Positions 24,706 to 36,300 of a DNA stretch of 64,000 nt are shown in pieces. The stretch's first letter is position 1. Each line of letters begins with the position of its first letter. This DNA comes from Thecamonas trahens ATCC 50062 (Eukaryota; Protista; Apusomonadida). The stretch lies in assembly GCF_000142905.1 (NCBI RefSeq), contig NW_013657622.1, positions 1-64,000 on the forward strand, written 5' to 3'. A program made the translations under genes and the position numbers. A model generated the notes under the pieces. That model saw nothing but the letters and a program-made list of their open reading frames with translations, searched no databases and was not told where the DNA came from.

Positions 24706-26023
24706 ATGGAGATGCTTAATGCCGCCATGAGCTATCCTTCGACATTTGAATGGATTCCTGGGACGACTCTTCTGTCTACACGGCCTGTTATGTTTGGTAC
24801 TCTCATTGTGTACCTGCTTGTCATCTTTGGCTTGCAAGAGGTCATGGCGACAAAGACGACGCCCTCGTGGGTCAAGCCCGCCATTGTCGTCCACAACCTC
24901 ATTCTCTTCCTCTACTCTGCCACCTCGGTCATCACTGTCCTCTACCTTGCTATCTCTTACTCTCTTGTATGTATCCTTTACTCATACCCCCTTCCCCCTT
25001 CCCCTTCCCCCCCCCTCCCCCTCGCTCCCTCCCCACCCCCCCCCCCCCCTCTCCCCCCCCTCCCTCTGCCCTCCTCCCTGCTTTGCCCTTCGGCTGTCAA
25101 ATCGTTCGCTCTCCCTCCGCCTTTCCCCCGCTTTTTTGTCCGCCTCGCCGCAGCCACCTTCTCCGCCACCACTTCCTGCTACGAAGAGCATGTACTACTG
25201 CTAGTCATATGAGTGTCTTCTTTGTTGGGTGCTCTTTGTCATGGTGTGGTCCTGGTGACTGGGCTTGGTTTGGTCGGGAGTGTAGCTGAGGCGGAAGGTC
25301 CGTGTCGCTTGCCTGCTCCCCCGCGGGGGATCGTCGTTGGTTCGTCGCCCGACTGGGCGGCTTGGTGAGGAGACGGGCAAAGACAGACGATGGAAAGACT
25401 CACGTACATGGGGCGATGTGTGTTATGGGGAATGGGGGACGGACGGGGTGTATTATGGGGGGACGGACGGAACTGATGTGGGGAAACAGGAGGATGAGTA
25501 TGGGTTTGTCTCTGTCTTCTGCGATCAGTACCGCAAGTACACCTCGGGCCCGATGTACTTCCTCATCTACACATTCTACCTCTCCAAGTACTACGAGCTG
25601 TTGGACACGGTGTTCCTGGCGCTCAAGAAGCGCCCGATCATCTTCCTGCATGTCTTCCATCACGTGCTGACCCTCTACACCTCGTTCTCGGGCATGGACT
25701 CTGAGACGACGTACCAATGGACGGCCGTGCTGACCAACACCACGATCCACTCGTTTATGTACTACTACTACCTCCGCGCCGCCATGGGCGCCAAGATCTG
25801 GTGGAAGAAGTACCTGACTGTGGCGCAGATGATCCAGTTTGGCATCAACGTCCTCATTCTCTTTGGCTGGGCTGCCATTGATCTCAACCTCCCCGAGGGC
25901 CAGGACTGTGCCGGCAACTACTTCTGCTGGTGGCTTATGTTTGGCGGCATGATTGCCTTCTTTACCCTCTTCAAGGCCTTCTTCAACAAGTCGTACAAGA
26001 AGCCCGCGGCCAAGTCGGAGTAA
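24706..26023 (+). CDS. ELO/GNS1/SUR4 very-long-chain fatty acid elongase; exons 24706-24966 and 25490-26023
   Basis: VHNLILFLYS, FYLSKYYELLDTVFL, LHVFHH, NTTIHSFMYYYY and TVAQMIQF. Phase-0 intron GTATGT (24967) ... ACTGAT branch ... CAG (25489). Confidence 0.93.
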
Positions 26024-26368
26024 AACGCAACCACACCTGCACCCAGTTGCGGCCTGCGCCAACCCTCTCTCTCCCCCCCCCCTCACATCAGCCCATCCGC
26101 CAGAACCGATACATTGCACGATCACATAGCCGTCACTCCTCTCGCCTCCCATCGCCTCCCCTCGCCTCCCCTCGCCTCCCCTCACCCCAATAATCTTACC
26201 CCCCCTCTCCGTCCCATGAATCGCTCGTCCAGCAACCGTCGGTTCGAACGACCCCCTTCTCTTGGACCCACCGTCTCCACCAACCCCCCCCCCCCACCCC
26301 ACCACCACCACCACCACCACAACCACGACCACTTCACACCAGCCCAGCTCAGCGCAACAGGCAAGACC

Positions 26369-29272
26369 ATGGCACTCAGTGGCCCTGAACTGGCGATGTT
26401 CAACTCTGACACACCATTCGGACTGTTCTCTGAGAAGGAACTCCCGCAGGTGGTGAGTCTGGCAGACGAGTCACGCAAGGTGACCAAGCACCTCGCCGAT
26501 CTCTTCAAGTCGCTCGCAAAGGCAGAGCTGGACTACTCTCGCAAAGTTCTGGACATTGTTGCTTCGAGCGAAGCTTCTTTTCCTTCCACAACTCCCTCGT
26601 CATCATCATCGACGTCATCATCGTCCTCTCATCGTCATCCGTCTTCATCATCGTCGTCATCATCATCGCATCATCCCTCGTCGTCTTCATCGTCATCATC
26701 ATCTGCCATGAGAGAGGAGAACATGTCGCTCGCTGCTGCTATCAATGCCTTTCGGAGAGGAACCGCCGCTGTTGCTGCCCGTCAACATGGTCGCGCAGAG
26801 GCTGTCATGGCTGACATTGTCGCTCCGCTGGCTGCCTTTGTCTCGGCAAACGCCGCCAAGAAGGCTGCGTCAGCCGCAAAGAAGGCCATCGCTGCTCTCT
26901 CGCCGCTCCGTGACACAGTCGCCAAGGACGAGCGCAAGCTCGACAAGGTCCGCGCCGCCGCAGCCAAAGCACACGCGGGGTACAAGGCTGCCACAGAGCC
27001 AGACAAGCGGACCAAGCTCCTCGCCCAGGCGAGGAACCTTGATCGCGATGTCGCCCTCCGCGAGTCCGAGCTGGTCAAGGTTCACCGCGAGCTCGCCTCG
27101 CAGGAGATGGCATTTGCCTCGCGCGATCTCAAGCTTCACTTTGTCGCTCTCCAGGACATCCAGCTCGACCGCGACGAGCTCATCAAGCGCGCTCTCACCC
27201 ACCACGTCGCCCTCGCTGACGCCATTGTGCCCTTTATCCAAGAGACAAACTGGAACATGCTGCAGGCTGTCGACGCATGCCAGCCCATGGCCGATCTCCG
27301 TGCCTTTGTCCTCCGCCACCACGTTCCGGCCGCGCTCAACCCGACCGCTCCCGCGGCTCTGCCCTCGCCCGCCTCGCCTGCACTCAAGGCCGCCAAGGCC
27401 CGCCCGCTTCCGCTCCCGACTACCGATGACTCTGACTCGCAGCCACAGCAGCAGCAGCAGCACTCGCAATCGCAGTTGCGCTCAGCTCCGGTCCCCATCC
27501 CGCGCGCCGCCCTCGATCCGTTTGGTGACCATCCGACTCCGCCAACCTCGTCGCCGTCGTCACCTGTTGCCGCCGCCGACGACGCTCCCATCTCCTCTCC
27601 CATCGCCTCGTCGCCCAGGCATGCCCGCTCTCCCCGCACGGCCCGCGACTCGGCCGACCTATTTGATGGCCTCGACGACGAGCCGACCGTCGCCCTTTCT
27701 ACCGGCGGTGACCACTCGGACCCGCTGAGCGTATCGCCCCTGTCGTCGTTGCCGCTCCCGCTCCCGCCTCTCCCGCTCCCGCTCCCACTCCCGCTCCTGC
27801 CCCATCCCCCACCCCCTCACCCGCTCCCTCCCCTACTCCCTCTCCATCTCCACCTCCCGCCACTCCCGCCTCGCCGCCCAAGCGGCCCGCCCGTCACGTC
27901 CCACTCGCGACACCTCGGACCTCTTCGGTGGCCTCGATGACGAGCCGACCGTCGCCCTCTCCACCGGCGGCGACGCAAGCGGCCCGCCCGAGGCCACTGA
28001 CCTCCTCTTTGGCACCCGCCTGCTGCAACCGTCGACGTCCCCACCGACGTGCTCGCTCGGTCATCACCCTCCCCTCCTCCTCCTTCGCCGCCGCCATCCT
28101 CCTCGCCGCCACCCTCCTCGCTCACACAGGCCATCCTCGACGAGCCTGAACCACAACCAGCCCCCTCCGCACGGCGCCGGCCTAACACAGCCGACCTGTT
28201 CGGCTCCGACTCGGACTCGCCCGACATCGCCCCACCCTCGTCTACTCCGGCCCCGGCTGCGTCCGCCAACACCCGCAACCTGTTCGCCGACTCGGACTCG
28301 GACGACGGCGTTGATGCTGCCACTGCCGCCGATATCTTTGGCTCGGCCGCCGCCGTCGCACCGCCGCCGCCGTCCCGCTCTGACGACGTCTTTGCACTCG
28401 TCGGCGACACCTCGACAGTCCCGACTGCCATTCCGGACACAGGTGATGCCGACGACGACTTTATGACCATGTTTGCCAGCGGCATCAGCTCGTCACCCCG
28501 GTCCGCCGCCCAAGCTGTCGCCACTTCCGCCGCTCCTGCCCTCGCCGGCTCGCCGGCCAAGGCCCGAGTCCTCGACGAGTTTGCAACAACCAAGAGCCGC
28601 TCGGCCGACGACGGGTCGGCCGACGCTCCGCCGGACGAGCTCTCGGTCCTCACCGCCATGCTCTCGGCCAAACCGGCCAAGTCTAAGCGGAGCCGGTCGT
28701 CCAAAACCGCGGCCGCATCGCGGACCCGGACCTCGTCCGGCTCGGCCCGTGCGGCTAGCTCTAGCGCCCGCGCCTCGGCACAGCCGCGCACAGGCGCAAG
28801 TGCCGCCGATGCGTCCGACGATGCCGCCCGCGCCCGCGCTCTCGCTGCCCTCGCCGAGCTCGCTGACGACAACGACTACTACAGCATGCTCGGCGTCGCG
28901 GCTTCAGTCTCAGACTCGGCGCTCGCTTCGGCGTTTAAGCGGCTGCAAACCGAGCTCGACCCGTCGCGCTTCGACACGCGCCGCGACCAGCGCCGCGCGT
29001 CATCACGCTTTCAGAAGATCAACGCAGCCTACGTCTCGGTCCTCCAGCACAAGAAGAAGCGCTCCGTCTACAACTCGATCGTCAAGCTCCGCGCCTCGTA
29101 CACGTCGCTCGCTACGCCGGCGGCCTCGGCCTCCTCGGTCCGCAAGGCCCTCAAGTCGATGGCCAAGCTCCTCGACGAGCTCACTAAGCACAAGATGCCG
29201 ACCACGCTCTCGACAGAGCTCTCCATGGCCGTCCGCCTCGTCCGCGACGCCCATCCGGACGCCAAAAAGTAG
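26369..29272 (+). CDS. F-BAR domain + Pro/acidic DLF/DPF-motif linker + C-terminal J-like domain; three -1 breaks at ~27737-28017
   Basis: FCH-like ESRKVTKHLADLFKSLAKAELDYSRKV followed by long helices. J-like DYYSMLGV..LASAFKRLQTELDPSR..RFQKINAAY..L..KKKRSVYN. The two ORFs are in the same frame, and a duplicated RD.SDLF.GLDDEPTVALSTGGD motif is recovered after frame repair. Confidence 0.78.
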
Positions 29273-29276
29273 CCGC

Positions 29277-30757
29277 TCACCCAAACGTAAAGCCAAACGA
29301 CGAGCCGGCCTCGGCGTTGCTCGCCGCAGCCGCCGTCACCCCGTTCCACCACGAACCGCCGCCGTTGCTCGCAGCCGCCGCAGCCGCAGCCGCCGTCGCA
29401 GCCGGCGACACGTCCTTGGGCATGGGGAAAAAGTGCTTCTTGCTCCATCCGCTCGCCTCCCGCTCCGCCCGGATCTTCTCCACAAGCCCAGGATGGTTGG
29501 CGTCGAGCGACGCCCGGAGCGCATCGTACAGCGACGTGTCAGCCTTGCGCGAGACAAAGTCGACAACCTCGGGCAAGTTTGACTGCGAGACGTAGTTCTG
29601 CGTCACCGCAATCGACTCTTCCAGGTTAAGCGCCGTGTGCCACCACTGCGCAGGGATGAACAGCACATCGCCGGGCTTCTGCACTGCGAGCACAGGCTGG
29701 ACCGGCGCATCGGGCGACCGCGAGTCGGCGTAAAAGTTGAGGAACCACGAAGCAAGCGAGAGCGGAGCGGTCACGTCCCATCCATCGCCCGATGGAAAGA
29801 CCCCAGGCGGGGTGTAGTGCGGCGGGAAGAGGACCCACTTCTTCTTCCCGCTCACAAGCCCGTTCCACGCAGACGTGTAGTTGGGGTCCTTGTGAAACGT
29901 CGAGCCCGACCGCGCCGGCCCGATGAGGAACCAGCGGAACCGCGGCCGCACGTCGGCCGCCAGCTCTGCGAAAAAGTCCTCACGCCCAAAGTACTCGGGC
30001 ACTTCGTACTCGTCCACTAGCCCGGGCTCCTTCTCGCCAAACGCCTTGTCAAAGAGGTAGATCGGCACCTCCTCGCGCGTCGCTGCCGAGTACTGAAAGT
30101 ACTCGCCGAGCGTGAGGTCCGCCAGCCCACAGGCAAACCGCGTCGCCCCGTGCCGCTCCACCAGCGCATCCTTAGACCACAGGCGCTCTGCCACTGCCGG
30201 CCAGTGCTCTATCGCGCCCTCGATCACCACAGGCACGTTCTCCCGGTCGTACCGCGCAACAAACTCCTCCACAGACACCTCGCTCGCCTTGATCCGTTCG
30301 ATGGTCTCGTCCTCGTCAAACATGGCCAGATCGACGTTGGCCCCACCCAGCCCTGCGCAAGGTAGTCCGAGTACAGCCCGCGCCACGGCCCGGCCTTCAG
30401 CCCTCGCCCCGCCATCATCTCGGCCATGTACTCGGCGGAGATCTTCTCCGACGCGTGCATGGTCAGCCAGGTTGTCCGCCACGAGTCGACAAAGCCAAAG
30501 CCACAGAGTCCATCGTCCGCCAGCACCACCGCCCGCCAGATCTCTTCCTCATTGGCATACGTATACATAGCCCGAGAACACTGCGCCAGTTTGCCAACTG
30601 CCCACACTCCCAATCGCTTCAACAAATCGAGCAAATCGCTGTCGCTGAAAACCGCAAACGCGCCGAGGCCGCTCGCCCGAATGCTCGCCGCTGCTCCAGG
30701 CACAAGCGCATTGCCCTGCGGCACAACTCCACGCGGGTGCTCCGGAATCGCTGTCAT
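29277..30757 (-). CDS. F-box-like/JmjC domain protein (JMJD6-related); one -1 break at 30341-44
   Basis: GLGAFAVFSDSDLLDLL..LAQCSRAMY..EEIWR (F-box-like). YLFDKAF, RWFLIGPARSGSTFHKDPNYTSAWN and FIPAQWWHTALNL (HxD..H facial triad). Confidence 0.92.
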
Positions 30758-31557
30758 CCTCCCTCTTCCTCGCCGTCTGCTCGTTAAAGACGAGTCTGTC
30801 GCCAGAGACTCTCACACAACCACGCTCCCGCCGCCCTTGGTCCTTGTCGCTCCTCGCTCCGTTTGACCTTGGCCTCGCTGGATGGGCTCAACTTGGTTGG
30901 TGGCTGGTGAGCCAATTGACGTCATTGACTTGGTGTTATGACAGTTTGCGAGTCCAACACGCTCTGTCACCACAGGCGATGACGTCGTACGCGCTGCTTC
31001 CACACCACATACGACAAATACTTTGCGGTTCTCCTATGCTATCATTTCTACAATGTATTGAGCTGTGGCTATGGCACATAGCTATGCCCCCGCACGCCAG
31101 AGCGCCTCGCCAGTCCTGCCCAAGTCCGCTTGACAAATTGACCCGGAGGTCAACCATGTCGACCAGAATGTCCCGGCAAACTTTTACTGCCTTTGTTCTT
31201 CCCGTATGCTGCCCTCCCTGACCATTCCAGCTGGCCGCTGCCCGCATTGCACACATCTCAAGCCTTGCAGCAACAGTTTTTAACCAATCTATGTTTTATT
31301 CGCAGAGTATACTCTCCACCATCTTGACCAGATCAAAAATTAGACAACGTGTGTTCTGACTGACAGCCCCACACCCCCAACCAACCAACGAACGATCGAG
31401 TGACCAGCAAAATGCCGCAACCTTCGGCGTCGACGATGGCCACACCCGCCACGGCCACGGCCTTGACCACCCCCCCCCCCCCCCCCACCCCCCACCCACC
31501 ACCACCACCCACCACAGCCACCTCACTCACTCACACCTCCGCGGGCTACCCAGAGGT

Positions 31558-33321
31558 ATGAGCAGAGACGCGGAGGCGGCTGCGTCGAACGAGGTAGGCC
31601 AGGCTGAGGGCCATGGCAGCTCGCGAGCGGACGAGTTACTTGCTGGCGGCGAAGGCGACGGTGAGGAGGGAAGAGGAGGGGAAGGGGAAGGAGGGGACGG
31701 GTGTGGGGACGGGCACCAGGGCGTTGATGACCAGCATAACGCAGTACATGGGCAAGAGCAAAAGGTTGAAAGAAAAAGCAACAAGACACCGCCTGTCACT
31801 TCGGCAGTCGATGAATACGTAGCGTACGGCGCTGGAGAGGTCACGCCCGGAGTCTTGGATGGAGTCCATGGAGGAGCCGTCCTCTTTGCCTCGTTTGTGC
31901 CTGGGACAGAGAACAAAGTCGTCGTGACAGGCGGGGAGGATGGCATGTGCAAGGTCTGGAGAATCGATGCTAATCCGGGAACCGGAGATGAACCGCTCCC
32001 GCCGCCGCTCGTTGTCCTCGAACACAAGGAGGCCATCTCGTCCATGGTCGTCACCAGCAACTGTGTCTTTGCTGGCGGAGAAGGTGGTTCGGTTTTCCAG
32101 TGGTGGCTCGGCAACGGTGAGACGCAGCACATCTTTGAAGGTCATCGTGCACAGGTCCACGACATGCTCCTTGTTGACGATGCCAAGGCCCTCTCCTCCT
32201 ATCCCTCGGTTGTGGTCTCCGACTCCCCAGTCCCGGCGCCCAACTGGCTCAACACCTCGGCAACTGCCCGCACGCCCACAGTCCTTGTCTCGGCTGGCTT
32301 TGACGACAAGATCCGGGTGTGGGACGTGCTCCGCGGAACGTGCCGAGTCACCTACCGTAGACACACGTCGCGCATCGCTGCCCTCGCCCGCCACCGTGAC
32401 CTCCTCTTCTCGGCCTCGTGGGACATGACCGTCATGGCTTTTTCGCTCTCCGCCCGCCAGCGCGATCCGCCGCCGCGCTTCATCTGCCGCGGCCACACAG
32501 ACTCGGTCAAGACCCTTGCCCTCACTGCCGACGCCTCGTTGTTGGTCACCGGCTCGCGCGACCACACCCTGCGCCTGTGGGACGTTGCTGCCCTCGTCGC
32601 AGACGCCGCAGAGGCGATGGGTGACGTCCTCGGCTCCGGCTCGTCATCCGCTCTCAACCTCTCCGCCGCAGACTCGTCGTCCCACATGGCTGCCGCCCTC
32701 GCAGACGCGCGCTCCGCTGCAAATCGCCTCGCAGGCTCCGCCCCATCCGCCTCCCCCGCTGGCGTTGCTGCCACCATCGCCACCGACTCGGAGTCGCGCC
32801 GCCGCCGCAAGAAGCGCCGGAAGAAGCACAGTTCGCGTCGCTCACGCTCCGTGCCCGACCCGGTCGTCGTGGAAGACCTCGCCGTCCTCGCCGGTCACGA
32901 GGCCGAGGTCATCTCGGTCGCCTGGGAAGTGCCGCGTACTCGCGGCGCACGGCAAGACATCATCATCTCGCTTGCCCTCCATCCCACCATCCGCGTCTGG
33001 TCCGCCTCCTCGCACTCCTGCCTCCACACCCTCGTCGGCCACATGCACTTTCCGCTCTCGCTCGTCGTCCACCCCTACCTCCTCTTCACAGGCTCGGCTG
33101 ACACCGCCGTCGGCATCTGGGACTACCACTCGGGCGAGAACCTGCGCATGATGCCTGGCCACGAAGCCTCGGTCCGCGCCCTCCTCGTCTCGGGCAAGCG
33201 CCTCATCTCTGCCTCGCGCGACGCCTCGCTCATCGTCTGGGACTTTGAGTCGCCCGCAGACGACGACATTGATGTCGACATGATTGCTCTCCGCATCGCC
33301 TCTTACGACGACGAGAGCTAG
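31558..33321 (+). CDS. WD40-repeat protein
   Basis: Repeated GH..V..L..SGS.D.T.R.WD units (TGGEDGMCKVW, SAGFDDKIRVWD, TGSRDHTLRLWD, TGSADTAVGIWD, SASRDASLIVWD). Confidence 0.92.
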   Translation: MSRDAEAAASNEVGQAEGHGSSRADELLAGGEGDGEEGRGGEGEGGDGCGDGHQGVDDQHNAVHGQEQKVERKSNKTPPVTSAVDEYVAYGAGEVTPGVLDGVHGGAVLFASFVPGTENKVVVTGGEDGMCKVWRIDANPGTGDEPLPPPLVVLEHKEAISSMVVTSNCVFAGGEGGSVFQWWLGNGETQHIFEGHRAQVHDMLLVDDAKALSSYPSVVVSDSPVPAPNWLNTSATARTPTVLVSAGFDDKIRVWDVLRGTCRVTYRRHTSRIAALARHRDLLFSASWDMTVMAFSLSARQRDPPPRFICRGHTDSVKTLALTADASLLVTGSRDHTLRLWDVAALVADAAEAMGDVLGSGSSSALNLSAADSSSHMAAALADARSAANRLAGSAPSASPAGVAATIATDSESRRRRKKRRKKHSSRRSRSVPDPVVVEDLAVLAGHEAEVISVAWEVPRTRGARQDIIISLALHPTIRVWSASSHSCLHTLVGHMHFPLSLVVHPYLLFTGSADTAVGIWDYHSGENLRMMPGHEASVRALLVSGKRLISASRDASLIVWDFESPADDDIDVDMIALRIASYDDES

Positions 33322-33376
33322 CGTAAAGCAAACGCTTCTTTATCCTGCCTCACACGGGGCGAAAGTCGCAAACAGT

Positions 33377-36300
33377 CTAATGCAGCTGGCCCTGGTGCTC
33401 GTGCCCGTGCTGGTCTTGCCACACCTTGCATCCGACACGCACCGCGTCAAAGACAAACCGCAGATTGCGAGCCGAGTGGGACCAGAGCACAAGCGGCTCG
33501 CTAGAGGCCCCGGCCTCGGCCACCACCACGCCCCACGAGCCGAGCGCCACGCGCCGCACCCGCTTGAACGGCACCTGGCGAACAATCTTGCGGTTGAGCT
33601 TCTCCACCGCACCCACCGTCGCGTCCGCCTCTTCCGTCAGCGATCCGCTCTCGCCCGCGTCCGCGCCTTCGGCCCGCAGCAACAAGATCCGGTTGTTGGT
33701 CACAATGACCATGAGCGAGCCATCGGCCACCAGCGCCTCGGCGAGCACCGCATCGCTCGCCGCAAACGCGCCCGACCTGAGCGTGTACAGCAGGAGCTGC
33801 GCGTGTGCGAGGTGCCACGAGTACGCGTGCACCCGCCCGTCGAGCCAAAAGTGCCGCGGCGGCCGGAGACGCGTAAAGTGCACCTCAATGTCCACAGAGT
33901 TACGCACGCCCTCGAGCGTCTTGGTCAGCAAGTTGAGGACGCCGACCACGGGCTTGACTCCGAGCCCGACCACGCCGCGGCCCATGCCCTTGACAAAGCC
34001 CTTGACTCCACCACGCTTCGCGCCCTTTGCAGGCTGCAGCACAAGGCCTGACACGCCCCAGAATAGACCCTTGCCAAACGCGGACGCGCCCAGAATCAGC
34101 CCGCGCCCGGCGTTGTTTGCCCGCCGCCGCCGCAGCGCCTCCTGCTTTCGCAGATACTCGTCGTCAAACGAGAGCTTAGCCACAGCCTTGCCCATCGACG
34201 ATGTGATGGCAGAAGTGGCGTCGAACATGGCATACGCTACGTGTTTGGTCAGCGAGACCGCGGACTTGCCCACTCCACGCGAGAACTCCCGCGGGCCAAG
34301 GAGCACCGACTCGGCAGACGCGTGGAACGACTCGTGGAAACCGTGCGTGATGTTCGACCAGAGCTTCACAGGGTTGCCCAGCATGTCCAGCGAGCCCACA
34401 ATCTTGAGCACCTGCCGCATGAGCCCCCGCTCGTAGTGCTTGGCCACAAGCGCTTGCAGCGACGCCTGCGTCGTGAACAAGTGCTCCAACAGCATGTGCT
34501 TGAACACAATCGGCGCAGAGTCAAACGATGGGAGGAGCAGCCCGAGGTTGAGCACCTTGGACAGAATCGAGTCGCTCTTGTCAAGCGCAGACTCGAACGA
34601 GACCTTGAGCGAGATCGGCGAGATGGCGAGAACCCGAAAGTACACTTCGCGCACCCATCCGGCTGCCTCGTCGTAAGACGGCTCCTGCGAGGAAACCGCT
34701 AGCGAGTCCTCAAGTGACGCCGCCAGCGATGCCTTGGCCGACGGCAGTCCCTCTGCCATCGACATCAGCCGCACCACAAGCCCTTCCTCCACACGGACCG
34801 TGAGGGCCTGGATCGCCACAACCGTCGGTCCGAACAACTGCACCCGCTCCGATGCTATCGCCTTGTTGTACACAATCTGCAGAAACGGAATGCCCTTGCG
34901 GAGCGGCCCCTCGTCCATGTTGACCACAACAGGAAAGACCGAGTCCTCGTCCTGGTTGTCCACCTGCAGTCGCTCCACAGTGATGTGTCCTGTTTGGATG
35001 GCTCGCTCGTCGGTCTCGAGCAACACTTCGGCGCCCACCATCCATGCATACAGCAGCTCCTCCGGTGTAGGGTCGATGACCGAAATGCCCAGTCCAGGCA
35101 CATGGACCTTGATCCGCGAGATGATGGCCGACGACTTTTGCGCTTCCATCATCGTCACCCCGTCGTCGTCGGACCTGCTCTTGGACGCGTGCTTCGGGTC
35201 GTACACTCTCAGTACGTGTGTGTGCGAGCCCTTCTCAATGTACACCCTCACCTCGAGCTGGACAACCTCGCCGAGTTCTTCGGAAAAGAACGAGACCGTC
35301 TCCGGCACTGCCTTGGTCTCGTCGATCTCGACCTTGAGGCCAATCGGCTTGTCGCCCGCCGCCTGGAACTGGACAAACAGCTTCTTCTTGTCCGCATGCG
35401 GTGCGTCCCATCCGTACGCCGTGCTCGTCCACGGCTCCAGCTTGGCCACCACAGCCTGCTCCACATCACACTGCCAGTAGTAGATCGGATGAACCGTGTC
35501 GTTGACAAGCTTGTACCGCGGCGCAGTCTGCGCCGCCTGTGGCCGCGACACCACCACATACACCACCGGATCGTCCACAGAAATCTGCAGCCGGACCCGG
35601 TCCGCCACGCTCAGTACTTCAGAATGGCTCGCGTACACGTTGAGGTCAACCACACCAAAGCCGTCAACGGCAAACGCAGACGACCAGTTGGCGTACTGTT
35701 CCTCCGCACGCGCACGCGCCTCGCCCTCGCCCTGTACCAGCGGAAGGCCCACCGCAGGCGGCGCCTCGCCGATCCGCGACCGCCCTGTCAGCGCCGTCCC
35801 GCACTCGCTCAGCGCCTCGAGTCGGCCTTGTCCGACGACATCACTTCCTGCTGCTCGTCGCCATCGTCAGAGTCAAACCACTCTGACGAGTCGTCACTGC
35901 ACGGCAGCTGCCTGCCCATGTCAAACGTGACCGACCGCTCGCGCCCGAGGAGCCCAAACTTGCTCTCGTCTGGGAAAGGCGACTCTGCAGCCTGGACCGC
36001 GACCAGCCGTTCCTCGGCAGTCGGCCGTGGTGCGAGCAACTCGGCCGGCACACAGTCGGCGTCAAAGAACCCGAGCTGGAGCTTGTCGGCGCCGCCGGCC
36101 GTCACAAAGTGGACTTGATGGTGCTCTCCGCCCTCCAGCCGGTGCGAGACTTCGGTCCCCACCTGCCGCCACAGCAGCGGCTCGTCGAGCCGGTTGACCA
36201 ACACATACCGCGGTTCGATGACCACGACTGAAGTCCGCCCAAATGCCCCACTTGCCTTGTGGATCTTGATCCCAAGCTGCCACTCGCGCACGAGGTCCAG

